Position numbers and translations under genes: made by a program
In this document: positions 8,408-18,075 of the stretch, piece by piece
How the letters are laid out: every line of letters starts with the position of its first letter
Numbering within the stretch: position 1 is the first letter of the stretch
The notes under the pieces: generated by a model
What the model was told of the DNA's origin: nothing
Databases searched by the model: none
Seen by the model: the letters and a program-made list of their open reading frames with translations, nothing else
Assembly (NCBI GenBank): GCA_031538685.1
Contig: JAVKMA010000357.1
Location: forward strand, 1-26,083
Source of the DNA: Burkholderiaceae bacterium
GTDB lineage: Bacteria; Pseudomonadota; Gammaproteobacteria; Burkholderiales; Burkholderiaceae
Length of the DNA: 26,083 bases
Direction: 5' to 3'

Positions 8408-9133
8408 ATGGCAGGGCATTCCAAGTGGGCTAATATTAAGCATAAAAAAGCAGCGACTGATGCAAAGCGCGGACGTATCTGGACTCGTCTTATTAAAGAG
8501 ATTACGGTGGCGGCGCGTATGGGGGGCGCTGATGCGGACAGTAATCCGCGCCTGCGTTTGGCGATGGATCGAGCCGCCGCGTCAAATATGCCCAAAGACA
8601 ATGTTCAACGTGCGATTACACGCGGTCTGGGCGAAGAGGGCGGGGCGAATTTTGAATCGGTGCGTTACGAAGGTTATGGCGCGAATGGCGTGGCCATCAT
8701 CGTTGACTGTTTGACGGATAATCGCACCCGCACCGTGGCAGAAGTTCGGCACGCGTTTTCTAAAAACGGCGGCAATATGGCGACAGAAGGCGCGGTCGCG
8801 TTTCAGTTTACCCACTGTGGACAGTTTTTGTTTGCGCCAACAACAGATGAAGGCGCCTTGATGGACGTCGCTTTGGATGCCGGCGCTGACGATGTGTCTG
8901 GAGATACTGAAGATGGTTTTGAGGTCGTGTGCGCACCGATGGATTTTGCGCGCATTCAGGCGGCGTTAAATGAAAAAAAATTAAGCGCTGAGGTGGCTCA
9001 AATCGTGATGAAGCCGTCGGTAGAAATAGAGTGTAATGCCGAGGACTCTGCCAAAACTCAAAAGTTAATTGATGCTTTGGAAAATTTAGATGATGTACAA
9101 GAGGTCTATTCCAACGCTTTGTTTAGTGAATAA
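8408..9133 (+). CDS. yebC: YebC/PmpR family protein
   Basis: [61 protein letters not shown] at 8408. Confidence 0.97.
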   Translation: MAGHSKWANIKHKKAATDAKRGRIWTRLIKEITVAARMGGADADSNPRLRLAMDRAAASNMPKDNVQRAITRGLGEEGGANFESVRYEGYGANGVAIIVDCLTDNRTRTVAEVRHAFSKNGGNMATEGAVAFQFTHCGQFLFAPTTDEGALMDVALDAGADDVSGDTEDGFEVVCAPMDFARIQAALNEKKLSAEVAQIVMKPSVEIECNAEDSAKTQKLIDALENLDDVQEVYSNALFSE

Positions 9134-9138
9134 ATGGT

Positions 9139-9282
9139 GGGCACTTCTATAAATACAGAATGTGCGGCGAATTGCTTTGTTGCGCAGTACGCGAAATCCT
9201 CACGTACTGTATGTACGTTCCGGTTTCTGAGTGCTGTGCGCCGCGCACTTCATCCGCACATTCTGTATTTATAGAAGTGCCC
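9139..9282 (+). mobile_element. 144-bp variant of the MITE-like element, copy C (both arms of the right-hand type)
   Basis: 9139-9167 is the exact reverse complement of 9254-9282 (29 bp). The core matches the consensus with 2 differences. Confidence 0.9.
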
Positions 9283-9311
9283 TAAAGGGTGTAAAAAATA
9301 TTGTTTCTCTT

Positions 9312-10598
9312 ATGAAAATTCTTGTGGTGGGTAGCGGCGGGCGTGAGCACGCTTTTGCGCATAAATTATCGAGCAGCCCCAATATTCAAGCGGTGCATAT
9401 CGCTCCGGGTAATGGTGGAACCGAGGGCTTTAGTCGTTGGTTAGTCAATGTGCCGCAAACTGACATTCATGCCCTGGCAGATTTTGTCGAGCAGGAGCGA
9501 ATAGATTTTACGGTGGTCGGCCCCGAGGTGCCCCTTGCGGCTGGAATTGTCGACGTCTTTCGTGCGCGCCACTTAAAAATTTTTGGGCCAACGCAAGCCG
9601 CGGCACAACTGGAGTCGTCCAAAGATTTTGCCAAAGCCTTTATGGCCCGTCACAAGATTCCGACGGCGCGTTATCAAACGTTTACTGATGCCGCTTTAGC
9701 GCGTGCGTATGTTGCGCAAGAAGGTGCGCCAATCGTGGTCAAGGCCGACGGCCTAGCGGCAGGAAAAGGGGTCATCGTTGCTCAAACTATTGATGAGGCG
9801 AATCAAGCGATCGATGCGATGTTGGCAGATAACCGCTTGGGCGCTGCGGGTGCGCGAGTGGTGATTGAGCAGTTTATTCAGGGTGTTGAGGTGAGTTTTA
9901 TTGTGATGGCCGATGGCACTAATGTGTTGCCACTTGCCACTTCGCAAGATCACAAGCGCCTATTAAATGACGATATGGGCCCCAATACCGGCGGTATGGG
10001 CGCGTATTCACCAACGCCTTTTGTGACGCCGCCTTTGCATGCGCGAATTTTGCGCGAGATTATTAAACCCGTGATTAAAGGAATGAGCGCCGAAGGCATG
10101 CCTTATAGCGGTTTTTTGTACGCGGGCATCATGATTGATCCAGAGGGTAATCCTTACACTTTGGAGTTCAACTGTCGTTTAGGCGATCCGGAAGCGCAAG
10201 TTATTTTGCCGCGCTTAAAAAGCGATTTGGTGAGCGTTTTACGCAAAGCGTTTGAAGGGCGTTTGGATACGGTTGAGTTGGACTGGGATCGTCGCGTTGC
10301 GGTCGGGGTCGTCATTGCGGCGCCAGGTTATCCTGATGCGCCAGAATTGGGTGGCGAGATCGCTCCTTTGCCCAGAAACACCGATGACAGCTTTATTTAT
10401 CACTCGGGGACGAGGATTAAAGATAATCAATTGCAGGTCTCGGGCGGCCGTGTATTAACCGCGGTGGGCTTGGCGGATACTTTGAAAATGGCGCAAAAAA
10501 ACGCCTATGATTTGGTCGAAGGCATTTTATTTAAAGGCGCGCAGTGGCGCACTGATATTGCCGCTAAAGCAAATAAGGCCGCGCAAAAAAACAATTAG
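9312..10598 (+). CDS. purD: Phosphoribosylamine--glycine ligase PurD
   Basis: MKILVVGSGGREHA, VVGPEVPLAAGIVD, AAQLESSKDFAK, VVKADGLAAGKGV, QDHKR, GPNTGGMGAYSP, LEFNCRLGDPEAQ, GGRVL. True start ATG 9312; the upstream extension is MITE sequence. Confidence 0.97.
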   Translation: MKILVVGSGGREHAFAHKLSSSPNIQAVHIAPGNGGTEGFSRWLVNVPQTDIHALADFVEQERIDFTVVGPEVPLAAGIVDVFRARHLKIFGPTQAAAQLESSKDFAKAFMARHKIPTARYQTFTDAALARAYVAQEGAPIVVKADGLAAGKGVIVAQTIDEANQAIDAMLADNRLGAAGARVVIEQFIQGVEVSFIVMADGTNVLPLATSQDHKRLLNDDMGPNTGGMGAYSPTPFVTPPLHARILREIIKPVIKGMSAEGMPYSGFLYAGIMIDPEGNPYTLEFNCRLGDPEAQVILPRLKSDLVSVLRKAFEGRLDTVELDWDRRVAVGVVIAAPGYPDAPELGGEIAPLPRNTDDSFIYHSGTRIKDNQLQVSGGRVLTAVGLADTLKMAQKNAYDLVEGILFKGAQWRTDIAAKANKAAQKNN

Positions 10599-10670
10599 AA
10601 ATCACGCTATTGACTTGTCGGCGATTTGTCGGCTCATGGTCCAGCGAGGGACTTGCTTATTGCAACTTCC

Positions 10671-11414
10671 TTATTCGGGTTTCCCTAAAATAAAAATACA
10701 CGGAATTTTATGCAGCGCGGGCAGGGGCGCGAGCGCCCACTCTTTAATTGAGCGAGTCATCACGAACTCCTTGGGGTCAGTGAGTTGCGCGGCGATGGTT
10801 AATAGGGTTTTTTCATTGCAGTGCTGAATCATTTTTTTTAACAGTGATTCGTTACGAAACGGCGTTTCAATAAAAATCTGACTTTGTCTTTCGGCGTGAG
10901 CGCGCGATTCAAAACGTTTTAATGCACTGATACAAGCGGCGTCACTAATCGGTAAATAACCGTTAAACGCAAAAGATTGACCGTTTTGTCCGCTCGCCAT
11001 CAAGGCCAACATAATGGCGCAGGGGCCAATTAAAGGCTCAACGGGAATTCCAGCGACATGCGCGGCAGCAATCAAGGGCGCGCCCGGGTCAGCGATGGCA
11101 GGGGCGCCTGCTTCTGATAACAAACCCACGGCGAGGCCTTTTTTCAGCGGCGCGAGTAATGTCGCGATGGCGTCTGAGGGCGTGTCTTTGTTGAACTCTT
11201 GTAGGTTTAACTGTTGAATTGGCGCGGCTAAGGGCGAGAGTGTATTGACGGACTGCAAAAAAGCGCGGGCGCTTTTGGCGTTTTCCACATAAAAACAGGT
11301 GAGCGAGCTGATGCGCGAAATCACCCCGGCCGGTAAAGATTGCAAAATGGCTTCGGGTGTTGGTGGTACCAGCGGCGTTGGGATCAAATATAAATGAGCA
11401 GGTTTAGAGAGCAT
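10671..11414 (-). CDS. SAM-dependent methyltransferase, tetrapyrrole-methylase/RsmI-like family
   Basis: LYLIPTPL, FYVENAKSARAFL, GLLSEAGAPAIADPGA, PLIGPCAIMLALMASGQNGQSFAFNGYLP, QIFIETPFRN. Confidence 0.88.
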   Translation of the reverse strand: MLSKPAHLYLIPTPLVPPTPEAILQSLPAGVISRISSLTCFYVENAKSARAFLQSVNTLSPLAAPIQQLNLQEFNKDTPSDAIATLLAPLKKGLAVGLLSEAGAPAIADPGAPLIAAAHVAGIPVEPLIGPCAIMLALMASGQNGQSFAFNGYLPISDAACISALKRFESRAHAERQSQIFIETPFRNESLLKKMIQHCNEKTLLTIAAQLTDPKEFVMTRSIKEWALAPLPALHKIPCIFILGKPE

Positions 11415-11471
11415 AGCAAGCGTAGAGAGGAAGTGCCAGTATCATAGGGTAGTGACGACGTTCAAAATTAT

Positions 11472-11614
11472 GGGCACTTATATCAATTCATTTTTGCGGT
11501 GAATTGCTTTGTTGCGCAGTACGCGAAATCCTCACGTACAGTATGTACGCTCCGGTTTCTGTGTGCTGTGCGCCGCGCACTTCATCCGCATATTCTGTAT
11601 TTATAGAAGTGCCC
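11472..11614 (+). mobile_element. 143-bp MITE-like palindromic element, copy D
   Basis: GGGCACTTATAT...ATAGAAGTGCCC ends; 4 differences from consensus. Flanks TTAT/TAAA are not a duplication. Sits between divergent genes. Confidence 0.9.
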
Positions 11615-11643
11615 TAAAAATAAAACAATAAGGAAGAGAGTTT

Positions 11644-13131
11644 ATGAATTCATGGAGAGAACAAGCACAAAAATTATCGATCGATGGACGCGCGTTTATC
11701 AATGGTAAACGAGTCGCCGCACGGACTGTTTTCGATTGTGTGTCGCCGCGAGATGGGCGCGTTTTGTGTCAGGTGACGCGCGGCGATGCCCGCGATATCA
11801 ACGACGCGGTTGCTGCCGCACGACAAAGCTTTAATCGCGGCGTGTGGTCGCAAATGTCACCGCGCGCGCGTAAAGATGTGCTTATTGCGTTTGCGGGCTT
11901 GATGCGCAGTAACGCGCCAGAACTTGCTTTGTTGGAAAGTTTAGATATGGGTAAGCCGGTCGCGTATAGCCAAAAAATCGACGTTGGTAGCGCCGCGCAT
12001 TGCATCCGCTGGTACGGCGAAGCAATTGATAAATGCTACGATGAAATCGCGCCGACGTCGGCAAACAGTTTAGCGATGATTACTCGCGAACCGATGGGGG
12101 TGGTCGGCGCAATTGTGCCGTGGAATTACCCCATGCTGATGGCGTCGTGGAAAGTCGCCCCTGCTTTGGCGATGGGCAATAGCGTGGTGTTAAAGCCGTC
12201 AGAAAAATCGCCATTAAGCGCGCTGCGTTTGGCCGAATTGGCGATGGAGGCGGGTTTGCCCGAAGGCGTTTTGAATGTTGTTCCAGGGTTTGGTGATGAA
12301 GCGGGTAGTGCTTTGGCGTTACACATGGATGTTGATTGCATTGCCTTTACAGGCTCGACGCGTGTTGGCAAAATGATTACTCAATATGCAGGACAGTCGA
12401 ATTTAAAGCGCGCGTATACGGAGTTGGGCGGCAAGTCGCCATTCATTATTCTTGAGGACGCTGATATCGAGCGCGCGACAGAGTCTTGTGTAGGCTCGAT
12501 TTTCTTTAATCAGGGCGAAAGTTGTAATGCGCCTTCGCGCCTGTTGGTACAGCGCAAACATTACGATTCGGTGTTGGCGCGCGCGGCAGAGCTGGCCAAA
12601 GACTATCAACCGGCAGATCCTTTGGATGACGCTACGGTGATGGGGGCCTTGGTTGATAAAGGGCAGCTGGATACGGTGATGCGCTATATCGAAAGTGGCA
12701 AAAAACAAGGCGCGGCCTTGATCTGTGGCGGCGAGGCGGTGACAATTAACGGCGCCGGATTTTTTGTGCAGCCGACGATTTTTGGTGACGTGCGTCCAGA
12801 AATGACCATTGCCTGTGAAGAAATTTTTGGCCCGGTTTTGTCGGTGATTCCGTTTGATACACCCGCCGATGCGATTGCTTTGGCGAATGACTCGTCATAC
12901 GGTTTGGCGGCGTCGGTGTGGACGCAAAATATCGATTTGGCGCATCAAAGCGCGCGCGCGCTACGTGCGGGAACCGTCCATGTGAATTGCTATGATGAAG
13001 ACGACATTACGGTGCCTTTTGGTGGGTACAAACAGTCTGGCAATGGACGCGATAAATCTTTGCATGCGCTGGAGAAATACAGCGAGTTGAAAACGACCTG
13101 GATTAAATTTCAAGACATGAAAAAATCTTGA
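11644..13131 (+). CDS. NAD(P)-dependent aldehyde dehydrogenase, PuuC-like (gamma-glutamyl-gamma-aminobutyraldehyde dehydrogenase subfamily)
   Basis: PWNYPMLMASWKVAPALAMGN, KPSEKSP, FTGST, ELGGKSP (catalytic Glu), FNQGESCNA (catalytic Cys), EEIFGPV, PFGGYKQSGNGRDKS. RBS-like AGGAAGAG upstream. Substrate is not certain. Confidence 0.9.
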   Translation: MNSWREQAQKLSIDGRAFINGKRVAARTVFDCVSPRDGRVLCQVTRGDARDINDAVAAARQSFNRGVWSQMSPRARKDVLIAFAGLMRSNAPELALLESLDMGKPVAYSQKIDVGSAAHCIRWYGEAIDKCYDEIAPTSANSLAMITREPMGVVGAIVPWNYPMLMASWKVAPALAMGNSVVLKPSEKSPLSALRLAELAMEAGLPEGVLNVVPGFGDEAGSALALHMDVDCIAFTGSTRVGKMITQYAGQSNLKRAYTELGGKSPFIILEDADIERATESCVGSIFFNQGESCNAPSRLLVQRKHYDSVLARAAELAKDYQPADPLDDATVMGALVDKGQLDTVMRYIESGKKQGAALICGGEAVTINGAGFFVQPTIFGDVRPEMTIACEEIFGPVLSVIPFDTPADAIALANDSSYGLAASVWTQNIDLAHQSARALRAGTVHVNCYDEDDITVPFGGYKQSGNGRDKSLHALEKYSELKTTWIKFQDMKKS

Positions 13132-13164
13132 TCAATTTAAAAAACGTAACAGTCAATTTTTAGT

Positions 13165-13205
13165 ACGGCACTTCTGTTTTTACAAAGCAGAGTGCGTGTA
13201 TTTTG
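13165..13205 (+). terminator. Bulged hairpin followed by a T-rich stretch, possible terminator of the aldehyde dehydrogenase gene
   Basis: AC-G-GCAC-T-TCTG-(TTTTTACAAAG)-CAGA-GTGC-GT, followed by GTATTTT. Confidence 0.45.
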
Positions 13206-13238
13206 TGAGTAATATTGCTTGGTTTAAGGACATCGTTA

Positions 13239-14426
13239 ATGAATTTTTTTAGTCCCTGTCCACGAGGCTTGGAGCCCGTTTTAGTTGAAGAGTTGCGTCG
13301 ATTGGGCGCGCAAAAAGTCGAAGAGACTGCCGGAGGTGTCGGATTTCAAGGCGACTGGTCGCTTGTCTATCGCGTCAATTTACATTCGCGCATTGCCAGT
13401 CGTGTTTTACTGGAAGTTGCGCGCGGCGCTTATCGCTCTGAAGACGATATTTATCGTTTTGCTTCGGCGCAAAAATGGGAAGATTGGTTTGAGCCGGATA
13501 CGACTTTTCGCGTCGATACCACGGCGGTACAGACGAATTTAAAAAGTACGGCATTTGTGACTTTGAAAGTCAAGGATGCCGTGTGTGACCGGATGCGTGC
13601 TAAATTTCAATGCCGCCCCGATGTGAATACCTTGAATCCAAAAGTTCGCGTCTCGATTTTTTTATACCGCGAAACAATGATTTTATACATCGACACCTCT
13701 GGTGAGGCCTTATTTAAGCGCGGTTGGCGCATGGAAAAAGGTGATGCGCCCCTGCGTGAAAATTTAGCCGCAGGCTTGTTGGCGCTAGCGGGATGGCGGG
13801 TCGGCACGCCTTTGTTTGATCCGATGTGTGGTTCTGGGACTTTATTGGTCGAAGCTGCGCAACAGTGCTTAGGAATTCCTGCAGGGTCTTTGCGGCACTT
13901 TGGTTTTCAACATTTACGTTTTTATGATCGCGATCAATGGATGGCATGCAAAGCCGAAGTCCCCGCGCCAGACGCAACAAAAACCAATTTGTCTTTATTT
14001 GGCAGCGATATTTCGGGCGATATGGTGACGGTCAGTGCGGACAATTTATTGCGCGCCGGCGTGTCCGCATCAATTCCCTTGAAACAGGTTGAGGCACAAT
14101 TTATCGAAGCGCCCGCAGCTTCGGGCATTATTGTGACCAATCCGCCCTACGGTTCACGCTTGTCAGTGCGCGGCGATGCGACAATGGATACGGATGAGCG
14201 TTACGAGGCTTTTTTCAACGCGCTCGCGACGACATTAAAACAGGGTTTTAGCGGCTGGCAGGTATTTATTTTGTCGGCCGATCGCGACTTGCCGCATTTA
14301 CTGCGCTTGAAAGAGTCGCGCAAAACGCCGATTTTTAACGGTGCGATTGAATGTCGGTTTTTCCGCTTTGATATGGTTGCCGGCGGCAACCGAAAATCGA
14401 CGCCGGTGACGAAGATTCAAGAATAA
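13239..14426 (+). CDS. rlmL: THUMP-domain class I SAM-dependent RNA methyltransferase, RlmL-like (23S rRNA m2G2445; no fused RlmK half)
   Basis: NLHSRIASRVL, KVKDAVCD, DTSGEALFKRGWR, APLRENLAAGLL, DPMCGSGTLLVEAA, GSDI, IVTNPPYG, FNGAIECR. AAGGA RBS at 13226-13230 before ATG 13239. Confidence 0.88.
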   Translation: MNFFSPCPRGLEPVLVEELRRLGAQKVEETAGGVGFQGDWSLVYRVNLHSRIASRVLLEVARGAYRSEDDIYRFASAQKWEDWFEPDTTFRVDTTAVQTNLKSTAFVTLKVKDAVCDRMRAKFQCRPDVNTLNPKVRVSIFLYRETMILYIDTSGEALFKRGWRMEKGDAPLRENLAAGLLALAGWRVGTPLFDPMCGSGTLLVEAAQQCLGIPAGSLRHFGFQHLRFYDRDQWMACKAEVPAPDATKTNLSLFGSDISGDMVTVSADNLLRAGVSASIPLKQVEAQFIEAPAASGIIVTNPPYGSRLSVRGDATMDTDERYEAFFNALATTLKQGFSGWQVFILSADRDLPHLLRLKESRKTPIFNGAIECRFFRFDMVAGGNRKSTPVTKIQE

Positions 14427-14432
14427 GTTGGG

Positions 14433-14577
14433 GGTATCAGTGCAGGAATTTTGGTGCTGGCGAGGACTTGGGTCTCGGACCTGAACTTTCTCGACGAACT
14501 TCCTCGAATAAGGACTTGAAATCTCGATAGGGCGACTTACAACCCTATTCAGGTGAAGCAAGAGATACCAGAATAGG
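14433..14577 (+). ncRNA. Candidate structured intergenic element of unknown class
   Basis: Complementary pairs GGTATC/GATACC (14433-38/14564-69), ACCTGAA/TTCAGGT (14479-85/14548-54), ATAGGG/CCCTAT (14527-32/14543-48), CGAGG/TCTCG (14461-65/14473-77). No known RNA family recognised. Confidence 0.25.
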
Positions 14578-14712
14578 CGCCAATCCTTTCTTTTGCTATT
14601 CCTGTTGTTATTGTTTTTGCTTTTGCCATTTCAGGCTCGAATTATTGACAAAGTCTCGTGCGAGTTTTTACGCCGTCTTTTGTTGTCTTTGCTGTTTTTT
14701 ATAGAGACTTAT

Positions 14713-17301
14713 ATGACTGATTCGACCACTCCTCTTTTTGACAGTATTCCCTCAAACGATTCGGCTGATTCAGTTGAGGTGTCTGCCGCAGATCATAAAA
14801 ATGATGGTGCCAATCCGATTATTGTGTTGGATGCCACGCCGGATACCTTGCCATTGCTGCCCTTGCGCGATGTGGTCGTTTTTCCACATATGGTGTTGCC
14901 ATTGTTTGTCGGGCGGAATAAATCCGTTCGTGCTTTGGAAAGCGCTACGGCGCAAGGAACACAAATTGTTTTGGTCGCGCAAAAAAAATCGGTTGAAGAT
15001 GAACCCTTAATCGGTGATTTTTACCAAGCCGCTTGTTTGGCGACGGTTTTGCAAATCATGAAGTTGCCTGATGGCACCTTGAAAGTTCTGGTTGAAGGCA
15101 AATCGCGCGTGATGATTACCGAGACTATCGAGGTCGATGAGCACTATCGTGTTCGTGTCGAACCTGTCGCGGACCCAGAGTTGGGCCAGGACAGCGATAG
15201 TTTGTTGCAAATAGAGGGTTTGCGCCGCACTTTGTTTGATCAGTTTGAGCAGTATGTAAAGTTGGGTAAAAGGGTCTCGCCGGAGATCATGAATATGTTG
15301 ACCGGCATTGATGAGCTGTCGCGCTTTGCCGACACGATTGCTGCGCATTTACCGATTAAACCAGAGCAGAAACAAAAAATATTAAGCGAGCATGATTTGG
15401 TCGCGCGCATGGAGTTGTTGCTCGATTTGATCGAAGGTGAAAAAGAAATTTTGACCATCGAGAAAAAAATTCGTGGCCGCGTTAAAAAGCAAATGGAAAA
15501 ATCACACCGTGATTACTATTTGTCAGAGCAGGTCAAAGCGATTCAAAAAGAAATGGGCGATGATGAAGTCGCCGATTTAGATCAAATTGAAAAGAAAATA
15601 AAAGCCGCCAAAATGCCCAAAGAGGCGCATGAAAAAGCAATGTCGGAATTAAAAAAGCTCAAGCTAATGGCGTCGATGTCGTCCGAGGCGACGGTGGTGC
15701 GCAATTATTTGGACGCCTTGATTGCCTTGCCTTGGAGCAAAAAAACCAAAACGAATCCGGATCTTGATCAAGCTGAAGCGATTTTGGACTTGGATCATCA
15801 CGGGCTGACCAAAGTTAAAGAGCGCATCGTTGAATATCTCGCCGTACAAAATCGCGTGAACAAAATGCGCGCGCCGATTTTGTGTTTGGTTGGGCCGCCG
15901 GGCGTGGGCAAAACCTCTTTGGGGCAATCAATTGCCAAAGCGACCTCGCGTAAATATGTGCGCATGGCCTTGGGCGGCGTTCGTGACGAAGCCGAAATTC
16001 GCGGCCATCGACGTACTTATATTGGCTCGATGCCGGGGAAAATTTTACAAAGCTTGGCTAAGGCGGGAGCGCGCAATCCTTTATTTTTGTTGGATGAAGT
16101 TGACAAAATGGGGTCCGACTTTCGAGGGGATCCTTATGCGGCATTGTTAGAGGTGTTGGACCCCGAACAAAATCACACTTTCTCAGATCATTACATCGAT
16201 GTTGATTTTGATTTGTCCGACGTGATGTTTGTGGCGACCTCGAATTCGTACAACATTCCGCCAGCCCTATTGGATCGGATGGAGATTATTCGTTTGTCCG
16301 GTTATACCGAAGATGAAAAAGTCAGTATCGCGCACAAACATTTAATTCCGAAGCAAATTCAAGCCAATGGTTTGAACGACGCGGAAATCACGATTGACGA
16401 ATCGGCGGTGCGCGATGTGATTCGCTATTACACGCGTGAAGCGGGGGTGCGTTCTTTAGAGCGCGAATTGGCGCGGATTTGCCGCAAAGTGGTGCGCAGT
16501 AAGGTATCTGCGGTGAAAAAAAATGCGGGGCAAAAAGACGCCGCGCGAATAAAACAAGCGGAACAAGCGAAACAAACGCGGGTGAGTTCGGCCAATTTAG
16601 AAACGTATTTAGGCGTACAAAAATATGATTTTGGTTTAGCTGAATCTGAAAATAAAGTCGGACAAGTCGTTGGCTTGGCGTGGACCGAAGTGGGCGGTGA
16701 CTTGCTGACCATCGAAAGTTTGATCATGCCGGGCAAGGGCAATATTTTAACGACGGGGACTTTGGGTGATGTGATGAAAGAGTCCATTGCGGCCGCGCGC
16801 AGTATTGTGCGTAGCCGTGCGGCACAGTTTGGCGTGAAAGATGATGTCTTTGAAAAAACTGATTTACACGTTCATGTGCCGGAGGGCGCGACACCGAAAG
16901 ACGGCCCCTCCGCAGGGATTGCGATGACGACGGCGTTGGTGTCGGCGTATAGCAAAATTCCCGTGCGCGCGGATGTGGCGATGACCGGTGAAATTACTTT
17001 GCGTGGCGAAGTCTTGCCGATTGGTGGTTTGAAAGAGAAGTTATTGGCGGCGCATCGCGGTGGCATTAAGACGGTTTTGATTCCGCATAAAAGCATTAAA
17101 GACTTGATCGAAATTCCCGACAACATCAAAAATGTTTTAGAAATTATTCCCGTACGCTATATCGAAGAAGTGTTGCGTTACGCCTTGGCAAGCGCGCCGA
17201 TACCCTTGCCAGAAGTGGTTGCAGCGGGGTTGTCGGTACCGCAAGCGGCGGGAATTACCTTGGACAATCCGCAATGGATGGACCATGGCGTCAAGCATTA
17301 A
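14713..17301 (+). CDS. lon: ATP-dependent protease La (Lon)
   Basis: [13 protein letters not shown], Walker [30 protein letters not shown] (catalytic Ser), [17 protein letters not shown] (catalytic Lys). Start ATG 14713; the upstream ORF extension is a low-complexity T-rich leader. Confidence 0.97.
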   Translation: MTDSTTPLFDSIPSNDSADSVEVSAADHKNDGANPIIVLDATPDTLPLLPLRDVVVFPHMVLPLFVGRNKSVRALESATAQGTQIVLVAQKKSVEDEPLIGDFYQAACLATVLQIMKLPDGTLKVLVEGKSRVMITETIEVDEHYRVRVEPVADPELGQDSDSLLQIEGLRRTLFDQFEQYVKLGKRVSPEIMNMLTGIDELSRFADTIAAHLPIKPEQKQKILSEHDLVARMELLLDLIEGEKEILTIEKKIRGRVKKQMEKSHRDYYLSEQVKAIQKEMGDDEVADLDQIEKKIKAAKMPKEAHEKAMSELKKLKLMASMSSEATVVRNYLDALIALPWSKKTKTNPDLDQAEAILDLDHHGLTKVKERIVEYLAVQNRVNKMRAPILCLVGPPGVGKTSLGQSIAKATSRKYVRMALGGVRDEAEIRGHRRTYIGSMPGKILQSLAKAGARNPLFLLDEVDKMGSDFRGDPYAALLEVLDPEQNHTFSDHYIDVDFDLSDVMFVATSNSYNIPPALLDRMEIIRLSGYTEDEKVSIAHKHLIPKQIQANGLNDAEITIDESAVRDVIRYYTREAGVRSLERELARICRKVVRSKVSAVKKNAGQKDAARIKQAEQAKQTRVSSANLETYLGVQKYDFGLAESENKVGQVVGLAWTEVGGDLLTIESLIMPGKGNILTTGTLGDVMKESIAAARSIVRSRAAQFGVKDDVFEKTDLHVHVPEGATPKDGPSAGIAMTTALVSAYSKIPVRADVAMTGEITLRGEVLPIGGLKEKLLAAHRGGIKTVLIPHKSIKDLIEIPDNIKNVLEIIPVRYIEEVLRYALASAPIPLPEVVAAGLSVPQAAGITLDNPQWMDHGVKH
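16552..16578 (+). repeat. 9-bp tandem repeat x3 within lon (KQA-EQA-KQT)
   Basis: AAACAAGCG GAACAAGCG AAACAAACG. Confidence 0.7.
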
Positions 17302-17324
17302 ACCCAACTTTTGTGCGGGTCGTT

Positions 17325-17351
17325 TTTGCTTGTTTCTTTGCTTGTTTCTTT
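17325..17351. repeat. 12-bp perfect tandem duplication in the lon-ruvA convergent gap
   Basis: TTTGCTTGTTTC TTTGCTTGTTTC TTT. Confidence 0.8.
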
Positions 17352-17379
17352 ATTGGTATCGCTGATTTTTAAACGCGGT

Positions 17380-17958
17380 TTACGTTTTAGCTAAAAACGT
17401 CAGCGCTTGACGAATGCCGTCCGAGACCGTCGCACCAGCAGGTAATTGCCCGATTGCGGCGCGAACTTCGCGTTCGGAATAACCCAGGGCGGTTAAGGCT
17501 TGAGAAATATCATCTTGACTGGATGCTGGCGCACCATTGGCGCGCGACGCCACCGAGCCGCTCCACGCGCCTTTGAGTTCGAGCAGCAAACGTTCGGCGG
17601 TTTTTTTGCCGATACCAGGGACTTTGGTCAATCGTCCGGCGTCTTGCATCACCACGGCATTGCGCAAATCATCGCTGGACATGCCTGACAAAATCGACAA
17701 AGCGGTGCGCGCACCGACGCCGGAAATTTTGATCAGTTGGCGGAAGGTCGTACGTTCGTCTTCGCGCAGAAAACCAAATAACAATTGCGCGTCTTCACGG
17801 ACGACAAAGTGCGTGAGCAATACCAGATGCTGGCCGGTTTCTGGCAGGTCGTAAAACGAACTCATGGGGACACTGACTTCATAACCGACGCCGTGACAAT
17901 CAATGACGACATTGGGTGGTGATTTGGCAACAAGTGTGCCGGTTAAGCGTTCGTACAT
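17380..17958 (-). CDS. ruvA: Holliday junction branch migration protein RuvA
   Basis: [70 protein letters not shown]. Confidence 0.97.
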   Translation of the reverse strand: MYERLTGTLVAKSPPNVVIDCHGVGYEVSVPMSSFYDLPETGQHLVLLTHFVVREDAQLLFGFLREDERTTFRQLIKISGVGARTALSILSGMSSDDLRNAVVMQDAGRLTKVPGIGKKTAERLLLELKGAWSGSVASRANGAPASSQDDISQALTALGYSEREVRAAIGQLPAGATVSDGIRQALTFLAKT

Positions 17959-18075
17959 AGTGAATAAGAAAAAATGTAATCCGAGAGTTGATGAAAATGG
18001 GTGACGAAAAGCCTTTTTCAGGACTCGCCTTTAACTCGCCGATAATAGCCGCTCGTCTTTTTACTTTAACCGCTG

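Noticed and set aside
9231-9311. 27-aa N-terminal extension of PurD in the ORF track
   Set aside because: It is mostly the open frame of MITE C; the canonical PurD start MKILVVG is at 9312.
13239-14426. Stand-alone RlmL without RlmK as a novelty
   Set aside because: Unfused RlmL-type proteins are already known in many bacteria.
14452-14540. tRNA or tmRNA gene on the minus strand (…CAAGTCCTCGCCAGCACCA)
   Set aside because: The 3' end resembles a tRNA, but the T-loop is CCCAAGT, the acceptor arm is two bases short, and no matching 5' half, D-arm or anticodon arm is present. The segment is far too short for tmRNA.
14515-14548. Sigma-32 promoter for lon (CTTGAA...CCCTAT)
   Set aside because: The 22-nt spacing is too long for the CTTGAA-N13-17-CCCCAT consensus.
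14645-14675. Sigma-70 promoter with perfect TTGACA
   Set aside because: No credible -10 hexamer at 16-18 nt spacing.
14593-14712. Hydrophobic, signal-like N-terminus on Lon in the ORF track
   Set aside because: It derives from a T-rich low-complexity leader starting at TTG; ATG 14713 is the more plausible start.
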